Assembly: GCF_000145295.1 (NCBI RefSeq)
Contig: NC_014408.1
Span: 1,440,001-1,472,000, forward strand
DNA length: 32,000 nucleotides
Direction of reading: 5' to 3'
Source of the DNA: Methanothermobacter marburgensis str. Marburg
GTDB taxonomy: Archaea; Methanobacteriota; Methanobacteria; Methanobacteriales; Methanothermobacteraceae
This document shows, in pieces, positions 9,257 through 21,476 of this stretch. The notes beneath the pieces are model-generated. The model did no database searches and was not told the DNA's origin. It worked only from the letters and a program-made list of their open reading frames with translations. Both the position numbers and the translations under genes were made by a program. Numbering within the stretch: position 1 is the first letter of the stretch; each line of letters begins with the position of its first letter.

Positions 9257-10330
9257 ATGGTTCTTGGAAAGGAAGAAATCCTGGAACTTCTCCTTGTTGA
9301 TGGCCCTGAACTACTGGACCTCATGAAGCGTGTCTGCGAGCCAGGGGAGGTGACCTACTCACGGAATGTCTTTATACCCCTCACAAGGGCCTGCCGCAAC
9401 CGCTGCGGCTACTGCACCTTCAGGTCAGACTCCCCCGACCCACCCATCATTCCCCCAGGGGACGTCCTAAGGGAGGTCAGGAGGGCCAGGGATGTGGGGT
9501 GCACAGAGGCCCTCTTCACCTTCGGTGAGAATGCACATGAGTTCCCCGAGGTGATGGAGAAACTCGAAGAGCTCGGATTCAGTGATATGGTTGATTATGC
9601 CCATCACCTCTGCAGCGCCACACTGGATCATGGTCTTCTGCCACACACAAATATGGGTGTGCTTGGCTACAGGGATCTCAGGAGGCTCAGGGAGGTGAAC
9701 GCCTCCATGGGCCTCATGCTTGAGTCTGCAAGTCCCCGACTGATGGAGGAAGAGGCACACCGTGAAAGCCCTGGTAAGGATCCTGCCTTAAGGATAAAGA
9801 TGATAGAAGACGCTGGGCGGCTCAGAATACCGTTCACCACAGGGATACTCGTGGGTATAGGTGAGACAGTGGAGGAGCGGGCCGAATCACTCCTTGAACT
9901 CAGGCGTATCCAGGACAGGTACGGTCACCTGCAGGAGATAATAATCCAGAACTTCCGGGCAAAGCCAGGGATACCCATGGAGCGCCACCCAGAGCCCTCA
10001 CTACTTGAAATGGTGAGGATGGTTGCTGTGGCCAAGCTCCTCTTTCCCGATGTGAGCATACAGGTGCCCCCAAACCTCAACAGGGAAACAGGTGAGGTCT
10101 TCCTGCTTGCAGGTGCAGATGACTGGGGTGGTGTTTCACCGCTGAGCAGGGACTACGTGAACCCGGAGGCCCCCTGGCCAGAGATAGATGAACTTCGAAG
10201 GCTCACAGAGTCCGCGGGCTTCACGTTAAAGGAGAGGTTACCGGTTTACAGGAAGTTCATCAACCCTGATTTTTTAAGTCCGAAGGTCATCGAGACAATA
10301 GAAAGGCTTTACCCTGAATTCCTTGTATGA
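9257..10330 (+). CDS. cofG: FO (7,8-didemethyl-8-hydroxy-5-deazariboflavin) synthase subunit 1, radical SAM enzyme CofG
   Basis: Radical-SAM cluster 'CRNRCGYCTF' preceded by 'NVFIPLTRA'. The size (357 aa) and the C-terminal 'DDWGGVSP' are typical of CofG/CofH. The choice of CofG over CofH rests on N-terminal context and is from memory. Confidence 0.8.
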   Translation: MVLGKEEILELLLVDGPELLDLMKRVCEPGEVTYSRNVFIPLTRACRNRCGYCTFRSDSPDPPIIPPGDVLREVRRARDVGCTEALFTFGENAHEFPEVMEKLEELGFSDMVDYAHHLCSATLDHGLLPHTNMGVLGYRDLRRLREVNASMGLMLESASPRLMEEEAHRESPGKDPALRIKMIEDAGRLRIPFTTGILVGIGETVEERAESLLELRRIQDRYGHLQEIIIQNFRAKPGIPMERHPEPSLLEMVRMVAVAKLLFPDVSIQVPPNLNRETGEVFLLAGADDWGGVSPLSRDYVNPEAPWPEIDELRRLTESAGFTLKERLPVYRKFINPDFLSPKVIETIERLYPEFLV

Positions 10331-10443
10331 CACCTTCTTTGAGAATTTATGGGTCCCTAAGGGGCTGGTTTATCCAACTGTTTTTAGATTATGATTCTTC
10401 AACCACCGGGGCCTTTCATGTTTAATCTCAAGGTCTGATTTCT

Positions 10444-11010
10444 TCAAATGTTAGATTGTGTTTCTTCAACATCAGGTAGTATTATGGTTCCCTCGGAGGG
10501 ATCCCCTAATTCAATGAAATTTCCCTCTGAATAGAGGAGGGCGACCAGTGCAGCCGTGAGGGCGTCCCTCTGGTGTATGCTCATTGTGGAGGTATCACAG
10601 ATTTCCAGCCGCAGACCCGCATTTTCTAGCATCCCCTCTGCCGTCCTGGGGTGTGTCTCAATAACCTCCACCCCACGGGACTCAAGTGCCTCCCTTATCC
10701 TGATACCCCTCATGGTGAGCTCCCTCATCCCCCTCCAGGTCAATGGTAGAACACTGCCATACCTTCTGATCTCAAGGTCCGCCCTTCTGAAGTGGCCATG
10801 CCTGCTGCAGCTGCAGTCACTCCTGAGGCAGCAGCGCCCTCTGGGAAGTGAGAGTGGCGCGTCAACCGCCACTGTATCTGCGGATTTCACTGAATGGATT
10901 ATCTCATCAAATGAGAAGACACTGAACACCTTCACTCTCCTGCCGTCTATTATGGCCACACCTGTCTCGTTTTCATGAGATGCGGCCAGATCAACGCCTG
11001 CAACAGACAC
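10444..11010 (-). CDS. DUF429-like predicted RNase H-fold protein with a Cys cluster
   Basis: 188 aa. The N-terminal 'GVDLAAS..ETGVAIIDG' beta-strand/Asp pattern is typical of RNase H-like DUF429 proteins, and 'CCLRSDCSCSRHGH' is a metal-binding-like cluster. Confidence 0.55.
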   Translation of the reverse strand: MSVAGVDLAASHENETGVAIIDGRRVKVFSVFSFDEIIHSVKSADTVAVDAPLSLPRGRCCLRSDCSCSRHGHFRRADLEIRRYGSVLPLTWRGMRELTMRGIRIREALESRGVEVIETHPRTAEGMLENAGLRLEICDTSTMSIHQRDALTAALVALLYSEGNFIELGDPSEGTIILPDVEETQSNI

Positions 11011-11019
11011 CGCTACCCC

Positions 11020-11802
11020 TCAGTGGACCCTTACATCCAGGACAACATGCCAGACACCCGGCGAGTACTTCTTTATAATATGCCTGTCAAGAACAGACAC
11101 CCTTCTCGGGTGTGCTGCCCTTTCAATCCTCTTAATGGGTCTTGAGAACATTATATTCTCGGGAACAGTTTCATGGTAGTGTAAAACGCCCCCCTCATTG
11201 ACGCATTCCATCGCAGCTTCAAGGAAGTGGTGGGTGGTTCCAACATAACCCATTATAACCCGGTCAGCGTCCAGTTCAGGGGCGATGGAACGGCAGTCCC
11301 CAAGGTGTGGTTCCACGACCCCCTCAACCCTGTTGAGTTTTATATTGGATTTGAGGAATTCAAATGAGTCAGGGTTTATCTCTATGGAGTGGACCCTCCC
11401 TGGGTTTGAATGGACCGCCACCGGTATCGAAAAGTAGCCTATACCTGCAAACATGTCAACAACGGTTTCGCCGTCCTCAACAACTCCGGGTATTCTGGCC
11501 CTCTCATTTATGTTACCCCTTGACCACATTACCCTGGAGAGGTCTATCCTGAAAAGGCAGCCGTTTTCCCTGTGGATTGTCTCGGTGCATTCACCTGCAA
11601 GGACCCTGACGCGGGGCCTCCTCAGGGGTCCACTTATCCCCTCAACAAGGAGAACACCCCTCACACCCGGCATTTCAAGGAATCTTTCAGGGTCCTCAAC
11701 ATCCCTGTTTAGAACTATAATGTCCCCTATCCTCACCCATTTCATGTTTTCACTGCTATGGAGGGCTTTCTGAAAAATAAATCCATAAATGTTCTTCTTC
11801 AT
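11020..11802 (-). CDS. Trm5/Taw2 (Met-10+) family SAM-dependent tRNA modification enzyme
   Basis: SAM-binding 'VVDMFAGIGYFSIPVA' and 'EINPDSFEFLKSNIKLN' are characteristic of Trm5/Taw2. The short length favours Taw2-like. An internal Met at 11745 ('MKWVRIGDIIVL') is an alternative start. Confidence 0.75.
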   Translation of the reverse strand: MKKNIYGFIFQKALHSSENMKWVRIGDIIVLNRDVEDPERFLEMPGVRGVLLVEGISGPLRRPRVRVLAGECTETIHRENGCLFRIDLSRVMWSRGNINERARIPGVVEDGETVVDMFAGIGYFSIPVAVHSNPGRVHSIEINPDSFEFLKSNIKLNRVEGVVEPHLGDCRSIAPELDADRVIMGYVGTTHHFLEAAMECVNEGGVLHYHETVPENIMFSRPIKRIERAAHPRRVSVLDRHIIKKYSPGVWHVVLDVRVH

Positions 11803-11889
11803 CAAAGTATTTAATGGCTTCTGTTGAAGGCAAAAAAGATAACTAGCATGAAATCCAACTCTTCATATATAAATTTGAGGGGTTTTTTT

Positions 11890-12981
11890 ATGAGTAAGGT
11901 AAACCGTGATGAGATACTCAGCATCCTTGATGGATACAGCAGGGAAGACATAACAGTTGCAACCCTTGGCAGCCACACATCACTCCACATACTCAACGGT
12001 GCAAAACAGGAGGGCTTCAGAACCGCTGTGGTATGTGAAAAGGGCCGGGAGGTACCATACCAGCGGTTCAGGGTTGCAGATGAATTCATAATTGTTGATA
12101 AGTTCAGTGACATTGTAAATGATGATGTTCAGGACAAATTAAGGTCCATGAACAGTATAATAGTCCCCCATGGATCATTTGTGGCCTACGCAGGCCTTGA
12201 CCATATCGAAAACGACTTCTATGTCCCCATGTTCGGTAACAGGGACATACTGAGATGGGAATCCGAACGCGACCTTGAGAGGAAACTCATGAAGGAGGCT
12301 GGTATAAGGATACCCCTCAAGTACACTGACCCCGAAGAAATAGACAGACCAGTGATGGTCAAGTTCCCCGGGGCCAGGGGTGGCCGGGGATACTTTGTGG
12401 CGTCCAGTACAGGGGAATTCAACGATAAAATCGATTCAATGATTGAGAGGGGCTGGATAACCGAGGACGATGTTGATGATGCCCACATTGAAGAGTATGT
12501 ATCAGGTACGAACTTCTGTATCCACTACTTCTACTCAATCATGAACGATGAAGTGGAGCTCATGGGTATGGACAGCCGCTTCGAGTCAAACATCGACGGC
12601 CTTGTAAGGATCCCTGCAAGGGACCAGCTTGAGATAAACCTGGACCCATCATATGTTATAACAGGTAACCACCCTGTTGCAATGAGGGAATCACTGCTTC
12701 CACAGGCATTTGACATGGGCGACCGTATGGTTGAGGCAGCCAGTAAAATCGTGCCCCCCGGTATGAACGGCCCATTCTGCCTTCAGACCATGTGCACAGA
12801 TAACCTGGAAATCGTTACATTCGAGATGAGTGCCCGTACAGATGGGGGAACAAATACCTTCATGCATGGATCCACCTACAGTTACCTCCTCCATGGGGAG
12901 GGAATGAGCATGGGGCGGCGTGTTGCAAGGGAGATAAAGGTGGCCTCAGAGACAGACCGCCTGCCTGAAATCATAACATAG
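11890..12981 (+). CDS. purP: 5-formaminoimidazole-4-carboxamide ribonucleotide (FAICAR) synthetase PurP (ATP-grasp)
   Basis: '[32 protein letters not shown]' is the typical PurP N-terminus. ATG 11890 follows GAGGGG (11877-11882), and the longer ORF from 11824 is unlikely. Confidence 0.85.
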   Translation: MSKVNRDEILSILDGYSREDITVATLGSHTSLHILNGAKQEGFRTAVVCEKGREVPYQRFRVADEFIIVDKFSDIVNDDVQDKLRSMNSIIVPHGSFVAYAGLDHIENDFYVPMFGNRDILRWESERDLERKLMKEAGIRIPLKYTDPEEIDRPVMVKFPGARGGRGYFVASSTGEFNDKIDSMIERGWITEDDVDDAHIEEYVSGTNFCIHYFYSIMNDEVELMGMDSRFESNIDGLVRIPARDQLEINLDPSYVITGNHPVAMRESLLPQAFDMGDRMVEAASKIVPPGMNGPFCLQTMCTDNLEIVTFEMSARTDGGTNTFMHGSTYSYLLHGEGMSMGRRVAREIKVASETDRLPEIIT

Positions 12982-13188
12982 CACCCCCACTTTCATTCTG
13001 GATCCGGAAAATCCTGAAATGATAACCCCCTTAACCTTATTTTATTATAAAAAAATCGCAAAGTTTAATAAGGACCTCCAATTTATATAAGGTACAGAAC
13101 TTTTATGTCCTCATGGACAGCCACTTACATCATAAAACACAATTAAGAACTGGAGCTGGTTTTTTATTATTTTTACTGAGGTGTATTT

Positions 13189-13821
13189 ATGAAAGATGAA
13201 AAAACGCTGAAAGGCACCACAACTGTTGGCATAACATGCAAGGATGGAGTTGTTTTTGCCACAGAGAGAAGGGCCAGCATGGGCAACCTCATAGCCCACA
13301 AGGCCACAGACAAGATCTTTAAAATAGATGAACACATAGCAGCCACAATAGCGGGCTCAGTTGCAGATGCCCAGAGCCTCATGAAATACCTCAAGGCAGA
13401 GGCTGCCCTTTACCGCATGAGAAACTCAGAGAGGATAAGCATAGAAGCTGCAGCTGCACTTGCAGCCAACATACTTCACTCATCACGTTTCTACCCATTC
13501 ATTGTCCAGACACTCCTCGGTGGTGTTGATGAAACAGGTGCAAAGATATACTCCCTTGACCCATCAGGGGGTATGATACCTGACAGGTTTGTATCAACAG
13601 GTTCAGGTTCACCCGTGGCCTACGGTGTGCTTGAGGACAGGTACGCCGATGAACTCTATGTTGATGATGCGATTGACATCGCCATAAGGGCCATAAAGTC
13701 AGCCATGGAGCGGGATACCTATTCGGGCAACGGCATCCTTGTGGCGACTGTCACAGAGGAGGAAGGCTTCAGGATGCTCAGCCAAGAGGAAATCCAGAAA
13801 AGGCTTGAAGACCTCAACTGA
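13189..13821 (+). CDS. psmB: Proteasome subunit beta
   Basis: A short propeptide is followed by the catalytic 'TTTVGITCKDGVVFATERR'. 210 aa. GAGGTG ribosome binding site upstream. Confidence 0.95.
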   Translation: MKDEKTLKGTTTVGITCKDGVVFATERRASMGNLIAHKATDKIFKIDEHIAATIAGSVADAQSLMKYLKAEAALYRMRNSERISIEAAAALAANILHSSRFYPFIVQTLLGGVDETGAKIYSLDPSGGMIPDRFVSTGSGSPVAYGVLEDRYADELYVDDAIDIAIRAIKSAMERDTYSGNGILVATVTEEEGFRMLSQEEIQKRLEDLN

Positions 13822-13838
13822 TTTTTTTTCCTGTTTTT
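13822..13838 (+). terminator. Oligo-T terminator candidate (T8 and T5) after psmB
   Basis: attttttttcctgttttt lies immediately after the psmB stop codon. Confidence 0.4.
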
Positions 13839-13893
13839 AATCTGCAGTAAACACCAGTTTACTGTTGATCCCCTGTTTTTTAGAAGTGATCTT

Positions 13894-15804
<1,911 letters not shown>

Positions 15805-15850
15805 GGCTAACTATTTAGATGACCTTAAACTATTCTTTAGTGGTGATTGA

Positions 15851-16867
15851 ATGGTAACCTATTCAGAATCCGGTGTGGATATAGACCTGGAGGAGCTGAC
15901 CGTATCACGCTTAACCTCCCGGCTTAAGGGCACACTCAGATATTGTGACGTTATAAGCGGGGCCGGCCACTTCGCGGCCCTGGTCAGGATGGGTGATGTG
16001 GCCATAGCCATGAGCACCGACGGTGTCGGTAGCAAGATACTGGTCGCTGAGATGATGAGCCGGTACGACACCGTGGGGATTGACTGCATCGCGATGGTGG
16101 TAAACGACATACTATGTGTTGGCGCAAAGCCGGCGGCACTCGTTGACTACCTCGCAGTTGAAGAACCAGACCCTGATGTTGCTGATGAGATAGGTAAGGG
16201 CCTTGCAAGGGGTGCTGAAATCGCACAGGTGGCCATAATAGGTGGGGAGACAGCCTCCCTCCCAGGTATAATCAGAAACCTTGACCTTGCAGCCACAGGG
16301 ATCGGTTTTGTGGATGTGGACCGCATAATAACCGGTGAGAATGTGGGGGAGGGTGACGCTGTTATAGGCCTTGAAAGCAGCGGTATACACAGTAACGGCC
16401 TGAGCCTTGCCCGTAAGGTGTTCTTTGATGAGCTGAAACTCTCAGTGAACGATGAAATGCCGGGCTCCGCTAAAACCGTGGGCGAGGAACTCCTTGAACC
16501 CACAAGGATTTATGTGGATCCCATAATGAGGCTCCTTGAGTCAGGGGTGAGTGTCCATGGCCTTGCCCACATAACAGGAGGGGGCTTCGGAAACCTCAAG
16601 AGACTCAACAGGGACGTTGGATACCATCTTGATTCCCTGCCAGAACCACAGGAGATATTCAGGACCATCCACGAAGCAGGGGTTGATATAACAGAGATGT
16701 ACAGGGTTTTCAATATGGGTGTTGGCTTCTGTGCTGTTGTCAGCCATGATGACCTGGACGACGCCCTTGACGTCCTTGGTGACGGCGCCCACCATATCGG
16801 TAACGTAACACCCAGGAAAGCGGAGGTTGCCCTTAAAACTTACACCGGTGAATCAATAAAACTTTAG
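15851..16867 (+). CDS. purM: Phosphoribosylformylglycinamidine cyclo-ligase (AIR synthetase)
   Basis: '[10 protein letters not shown]', '[13 protein letters not shown]' and 'LAHITGGGF' are classical PurM motifs. 338 aa. Confidence 0.95.
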   Translation: MVTYSESGVDIDLEELTVSRLTSRLKGTLRYCDVISGAGHFAALVRMGDVAIAMSTDGVGSKILVAEMMSRYDTVGIDCIAMVVNDILCVGAKPAALVDYLAVEEPDPDVADEIGKGLARGAEIAQVAIIGGETASLPGIIRNLDLAATGIGFVDVDRIITGENVGEGDAVIGLESSGIHSNGLSLARKVFFDELKLSVNDEMPGSAKTVGEELLEPTRIYVDPIMRLLESGVSVHGLAHITGGGFGNLKRLNRDVGYHLDSLPEPQEIFRTIHEAGVDITEMYRVFNMGVGFCAVVSHDDLDDALDVLGDGAHHIGNVTPRKAEVALKTYTGESIKL

Positions 16868-16877
16868 GAGGACTCTT

Positions 16878-17903
16878 ATGAGGATAAGTGCTGAAGAGGA
16901 AGTTAGAATCATAAAGGAAATACTCACCGCCATGGAGGTTCCAGAGGAGGTTTCAGAGATAGTGGCTGATGTTACCCTGGACGCGGACCTGAAGGGTTTC
17001 AGTTCACATGGAATCGGTCGTTTCCCCCAGTACGTTGAGGGGCTGCGATGTGGGACAATAAAGCCCCATGGTGACATAACCATTGAAAGGGAAACCCCCT
17101 CAACGGCCCTCATAAACGGTAACCACATGTTCGGACACTTTGTTGCCTGCAGGGCAATGGAACTTGCAATTGAAAAGGCCAGGGATACCGGCGTCGGGCT
17201 TGTTGGTGTCCATGACTCAAACCACTTTGGTGTTGCCGGATACTACTCGGACATGGCGGTCATGAACGACATGATAGGGGTTGTGATAGCAAATACAGAG
17301 CCTGCTGTGGCACCCATAGGTGGCAAAACACCCATCCTGGGAACAAACCCCGTGGCCATAGGGATCCCATCAAACAGGCACTATGTCTCGGTTGACATGG
17401 CAACCTCAGCATCCGCCAGGGGCAAACTCCTGGAGGCCGCCAGGAAGGGTGAGAGTATACCCGAAAACATAGCAATGGACGCCGATGGAAACCCCACAAC
17501 CGACCCTGAACTTGCCCTTAAGGGGTCCATACTCCCCTTCGGTGGGCATAAGGGTTATGCGCTTTCATTCATGATAGAGATCCTAGCAGGTCCCCTTGTG
17601 GGGGCTGCCTTTGGGGCTGCGGTGAAGGGAACCGCGAACCCCCGGGAGATGTGCACCAAGGGCGACCTCATGATGGCCATAGACCCCTCAAAGATGGTCG
17701 ACCTCCAGGAATTCAAATCCAGCGTGGATGAATTCATCGAGGAGGTTAAATCATCCGGGGACGTCCTCATACCCGGTGACATTGAGGCCATGAACATAAA
17801 GAGGGGGCGTGAAGAGGGAATAGAGGTGGATGAAAAGCTCCTTCAAAGGCTGAATGAAATATCAGATGAACTCGGCCTGGACCTCAAGATTAAGGGGTTA
17901 TGA
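16878..17903 (+). CDS. comC: Ldh_2-family (R)-2-hydroxyacid dehydrogenase; sulfolactate dehydrogenase ComC by context
   Basis: Malate/L-lactate dehydrogenase (Ldh_2) family features ('[10 protein letters not shown]', 'NHFGVAGYY', 'GGHKGYALS'). It sits immediately upstream of comD/comE and is coupled to them by an ATGA overlap. Confidence 0.8.
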   Translation: MRISAEEEVRIIKEILTAMEVPEEVSEIVADVTLDADLKGFSSHGIGRFPQYVEGLRCGTIKPHGDITIERETPSTALINGNHMFGHFVACRAMELAIEKARDTGVGLVGVHDSNHFGVAGYYSDMAVMNDMIGVVIANTEPAVAPIGGKTPILGTNPVAIGIPSNRHYVSVDMATSASARGKLLEAARKGESIPENIAMDADGNPTTDPELALKGSILPFGGHKGYALSFMIEILAGPLVGAAFGAAVKGTANPREMCTKGDLMMAIDPSKMVDLQEFKSSVDEFIEEVKSSGDVLIPGDIEAMNIKRGREEGIEVDEKLLQRLNEISDELGLDLKIKGL

Positions 17904-18397
17904 AGTTGGATAGCAGCAGGGCTGTTTACGAGGGTATGAAGGAGGCGGGGATAGACTTCGCGGTCAGTGTCCCCTGTGTGAACCTCAGGTTCGTCCTTGA
18001 AATGGTGGACTCTGACCCGGAAATCAGGCACGTGCCTGTTACACGTGAGGAAGAGGGATTCGGTGTTGCAGCCGGCGCCTACATGGCCGGCAAGACCACA
18101 GCCATGCTGATGCAGAACTCAGGTCTCGGTAACTCCGTGAATGTCCTCGCATCACTCTACAGCCTCTACCATATCCCCATAACAATGATTGTAAGCCACA
18201 GGGGGACAAGGGGTGAGTTCATGGAGGCCCAGATCCCCATGGGAAGGGCCACGACCGATATACTTGATATCCTCAAAATACCCTACAGTACCCCTGAAAC
18301 ACCCTCAGAGGCAAGGGAATCCATAATGGAACTCACAGAACTTTCACTTAAAAGGAGGCATCCTGTGGCTGTGCTCCTTGAGGTTGCCTACTGGTGA
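17900..18397 (+). CDS. comD: Sulfopyruvate decarboxylase subunit alpha
   Basis: 165-aa TPP-enzyme N-terminal (pyrimidine-binding) module ('[19 protein letters not shown]', '[11 protein letters not shown]'). Its ATG overlaps the comC stop. Confidence 0.85.
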   Translation: MKLDSSRAVYEGMKEAGIDFAVSVPCVNLRFVLEMVDSDPEIRHVPVTREEEGFGVAAGAYMAGKTTAMLMQNSGLGNSVNVLASLYSLYHIPITMIVSHRGTRGEFMEAQIPMGRATTDILDILKIPYSTPETPSEARESIMELTELSLKRRHPVAVLLEVAYW

Positions 18398-18401
18398 TAA
18401 C

Positions 18402-18944
18402 ATGCTTACACGAATTGAAGCCATAGAAAGAATTGTGGGCGTCCTTGATGATGAAATCGTGGTATGCAACCTGGGTTTCCCATCAAGGGAGCTCTACAGT
18501 ATCAAGGATTCGTCAAGACATTTCTACATGCTTGGATCCATGGGTATGGCCCCCTCCATTGGACTTGGCCTTGCCCTCTCACAGGATAGGAGGGTTGTGG
18601 TACTTGATGGTGATGGATCCATCCTCATGAACCTGGGGGGACTGGTAACAGCCGCTGCCCAGGCACCCAAAAACCTCGTCATAGTCCTCCTGGACAACAG
18701 GTGCTACGGAAGCACTGGTTCCCAGTGCACCTACTCAGATCTCATAGACCTGGGGGATGTTGCCGGGTCAATGGGATTCAATGTTATCAGATTCCACGAG
18801 GAACCTGACTTTAAGCGTGTCCTCCAGGAGGATGGGCCAGTTTTTGCCCATGTGCCTGTAAAACCTGGTAACGCGGATGTCCCTGTCATAGATTTAAGCC
18901 CTGAGGAGATAATTGAGAGGTTCATGGATGAGGTGAGATCCTAG
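18402..18944 (+). CDS. comE: Sulfopyruvate decarboxylase subunit beta
   Basis: TPP-binding motif '[15 protein letters not shown]...[12 protein letters not shown]...LLDN'. ATG 18402 is preferred over TTG 18378. Confidence 0.85.
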   Translation: MLTRIEAIERIVGVLDDEIVVCNLGFPSRELYSIKDSSRHFYMLGSMGMAPSIGLGLALSQDRRVVVLDGDGSILMNLGGLVTAAAQAPKNLVIVLLDNRCYGSTGSQCTYSDLIDLGDVAGSMGFNVIRFHEEPDFKRVLQEDGPVFAHVPVKPGNADVPVIDLSPEEIIERFMDEVRS

Positions 18945-20710
18945 GACCTCCTCCCTGTGTATGTTGCGTAGAAACCATCTGTATCTGCATAAACCGTATG
19001 GAAACCGAATTCCTCGGCTATTTTTATTGTCCTCTTTATGTAATCCCTTCCCCATGCGGTTATGGCCTCTGCACACTCCATTGAATACCACCTGAACCTT
19101 GAGTAACCGTAGACCCCGTACATGGTGTTTGCAAGCCTCTTGAGGGCCTCCTGCTGTACATTGAGTATCTTTCGCTCCATGGGGTCATCTGAGCGCTTCA
19201 TCTCCCCCTTGATTCTGACCCTCTCAGAGAGTATCTCGCCTATAACCGAGGGTACAAAACCTGCTGGCTCCTTACGGAACCTGTAACCGTATTCCGGTGC
19301 AACGTGGCAGTCACAATCTTTCTCATCGGTGAGTGTGTCCGGGGATATGTTCTTTGAGATTATTATGCTGGGGTATAGGCTGCGGAAGTCGAACTGGACT
19401 ATGTTCTCATGGAGGCCCCTCTCAGGTTCCTTAACATACCCTCCAACGGCCCTGCGACCCCTTCTCTTTGAGAACTCCGAGTGTGATGGTTTGTTTGGTA
19501 CAAGTTCGCCGTACTGGTATGCCTTCCTTACAAGGAACCATTCGGCCTGCTGTCCGGTTGCCATGCGGGATATGTCAAAGAGGGGCTGGCCAACTATACG
19601 GGTGAGCTCCATGTTGAGGGGGAGAATCTTCTCTGCGATCCGGTAGGTTGCAACGACGTCATCAAGGGAGTACCTGAAGAGTTCATCCCTCAGCTCCTCC
19701 CGGTCCCAGTACTCCCAGAGCTTATCGCCTGGAAGGTCCAGCTTCTCCTCCCCGAAGAGTTCCTGGTAGACCCTCTCAAGTGTGTAGCGGTCAAGGTTCA
19801 TGTACCTCCTCATCACAGGGTAGAGGTCCACGTGCACCGTTCCCTTTATGGCTGTTGCGTTTGCAAATCCCCTCCTCATGGTCTTTATCCTTGAGCCATC
19901 CCATCCAAGGTCAAGTTCCACCCCAAGGATCTCGGCCCTCCTTGATAGGTAGGGGAAGTCGAAGTTGTCGGAGTTGTAGCCCACAAGGATGTCGGGTTTT
20001 TTCTCCCTGACGATTTCAGCGAACCTCTCAAGGATTGCCGCCTCATCCCCAACCCTTTCAACGAAGTCCAGGTGCTCACCCCTCGTTGATATCACCGATT
20101 CAACGCCCATGTTACCGGCAATTCCAACCATCACTATCTCATCATTCTCAGGGTCAGGCATCCCATGGGGGTTTCTCACCTCAATGTCAAAGCTGAGGAT
20201 GTCCAGCTGGGGGAAGCCAGAATCAGATGTTTGTATCCCGTCGGTTATCTCAATTATCCTCACATCATCTGATGTGATGGATGATGCCGACTCCGCCTCC
20301 ACGCCATTGAATTCTATCCCTGCCATTGGAACGATTGACCTGTCAATGAGGTACCTCCGGTAGAAGGGGATGTCATGTTCCCTTATATCCGCAACGGATT
20401 CAAGGTTCCTTATCCTATCCCTTAACTTCGGAACCTCCTGGGGGTGCCTGAATTCTATCCTTATAACCTCCACCGGTTTTCCAAGGTCCCTTCGCTCTGT
20501 GACCTCAAGTTTTTCCAGTCCCAGTTCAGCGAGGTCATCCAGGCACCTCTCTGTATCGATGGGGATTGCATAGATGTATGGCCTGAATGAACTGTCATAT
20601 GCGATGATTGGCTCATTTCCTGACTTGTCCTTACCAAAGAGCCTGATGACGGGCATCTCATCGACCGTTAGGTAGTCGATGTCAAGGAGCACCATGCTGT
20701 ATCTTTCCAT
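18941..20710 (-). CDS. polB1: Family B DNA polymerase, large N-terminal piece of a split PolB (exonuclease domain plus polymerase motifs A-C)
   Basis: Exo I 'LSFDIEV', Exo II '[11 protein letters not shown]', motif A '[10 protein letters not shown]', motif B '[13 protein letters not shown]', motif C 'VYADTDG'. The ORF stops 12 codons after motif C, so the thumb domain is absent. Confidence 0.9.
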   Translation of the reverse strand: MERYSMVLLDIDYLTVDEMPVIRLFGKDKSGNEPIIAYDSSFRPYIYAIPIDTERCLDDLAELGLEKLEVTERRDLGKPVEVIRIEFRHPQEVPKLRDRIRNLESVADIREHDIPFYRRYLIDRSIVPMAGIEFNGVEAESASSITSDDVRIIEITDGIQTSDSGFPQLDILSFDIEVRNPHGMPDPENDEIVMVGIAGNMGVESVISTRGEHLDFVERVGDEAAILERFAEIVREKKPDILVGYNSDNFDFPYLSRRAEILGVELDLGWDGSRIKTMRRGFANATAIKGTVHVDLYPVMRRYMNLDRYTLERVYQELFGEEKLDLPGDKLWEYWDREELRDELFRYSLDDVVATYRIAEKILPLNMELTRIVGQPLFDISRMATGQQAEWFLVRKAYQYGELVPNKPSHSEFSKRRGRRAVGGYVKEPERGLHENIVQFDFRSLYPSIIISKNISPDTLTDEKDCDCHVAPEYGYRFRKEPAGFVPSVIGEILSERVRIKGEMKRSDDPMERKILNVQQEALKRLANTMYGVYGYSRFRWYSMECAEAITAWGRDYIKRTIKIAEEFGFHTVYADTDGFYATYTGRRS

Positions 20711-20963
20711 GGAGTTTACTCTGTTGTGTGGGACTAATAAAATGTTCTAGGAATGAAGGGGTTATCCGTTTAACTGGCTTGCCAGACCAGTATGCCATAG
20801 TATCAAAAGATATTAAAAAATGTGAACACAGAGCAGTTGACTTGTAAAAACACCTGCAAAATCTCGACTTGAACAACTTCTAAAACAAAACGGAACAAGA
20901 AAAAAATCAGATAAAAACTATAGATCCCTTTCATGTCAAAATGTAATAAGACACCATTGAGTT

Positions 20964-21284
20964 AGAGTTTCTGTGAACAGACAATACATCCCATTACAAA
21001 TCGATAAAGATGTTAAGCCCGTGAAGAATTACAGTAAAGAACGTGAAAAATTACGTGATGTAAGCATTATCGCTTCCTCCTTTGGCAATAAACCATACGC
21101 TCCTGGTGGAGTGTAAGTACCGCAGATACAGACTCAAACAAAGACGTTATGTGATGAAATGCCAATTTATCACTGGGAAAATCATTCCAATGCCAATTTA
21201 AAGAAACACTCAATGCAATCTCATTTGCATTACAAAGAAAGAGATATTAACACTTCATGCATGCTTTGCATGGATTTTTTGTAA
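20964..21284 (+). pseudogene. Possible decayed ORF: about 107 codons open except for one TAA
   Basis: One frame reads '..VNRQYIPLQIDKDVKPVKNYSKEREKLRDVSIIASSFGNKPYAPGGV*VPQIQTQTKTLCDEMPIYHWENHSNANLKKHSMQSHLHYKERDINTSCMLCMDFL*'. A single stop at 21114 in about 35% GC DNA is fewer than chance would predict. No family recognised. Confidence 0.25.
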
Positions 21285-21430
21285 GTTTTTAATGAAAATC
21301 ATGAACATGGGATGTTAGAGATCTAAGAGAAAATGTAAGTGACGAAGATCTTATCTAATAAATTTTAATATTAAATTTGTGTTATATAATGGGATTTATG
21401 TTTTTCGGTCCTCAATTGGATAATAATATT

Positions 21431-21438
21431 TTTATATG
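21431..21438 (+). promoter_or_regulatory. TATA-box-like element (tttatatg) for the large island gene
   Basis: It sits in an A/T-rich context about 46 nt upstream of ATG 21477. GGAGGTG (21464-21470) is the ribosome binding site. Confidence 0.4.
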
Positions 21439-21476
21439 ATTTTATAATCAACTTTATTTTGCTGGAGGTGTTTTTT

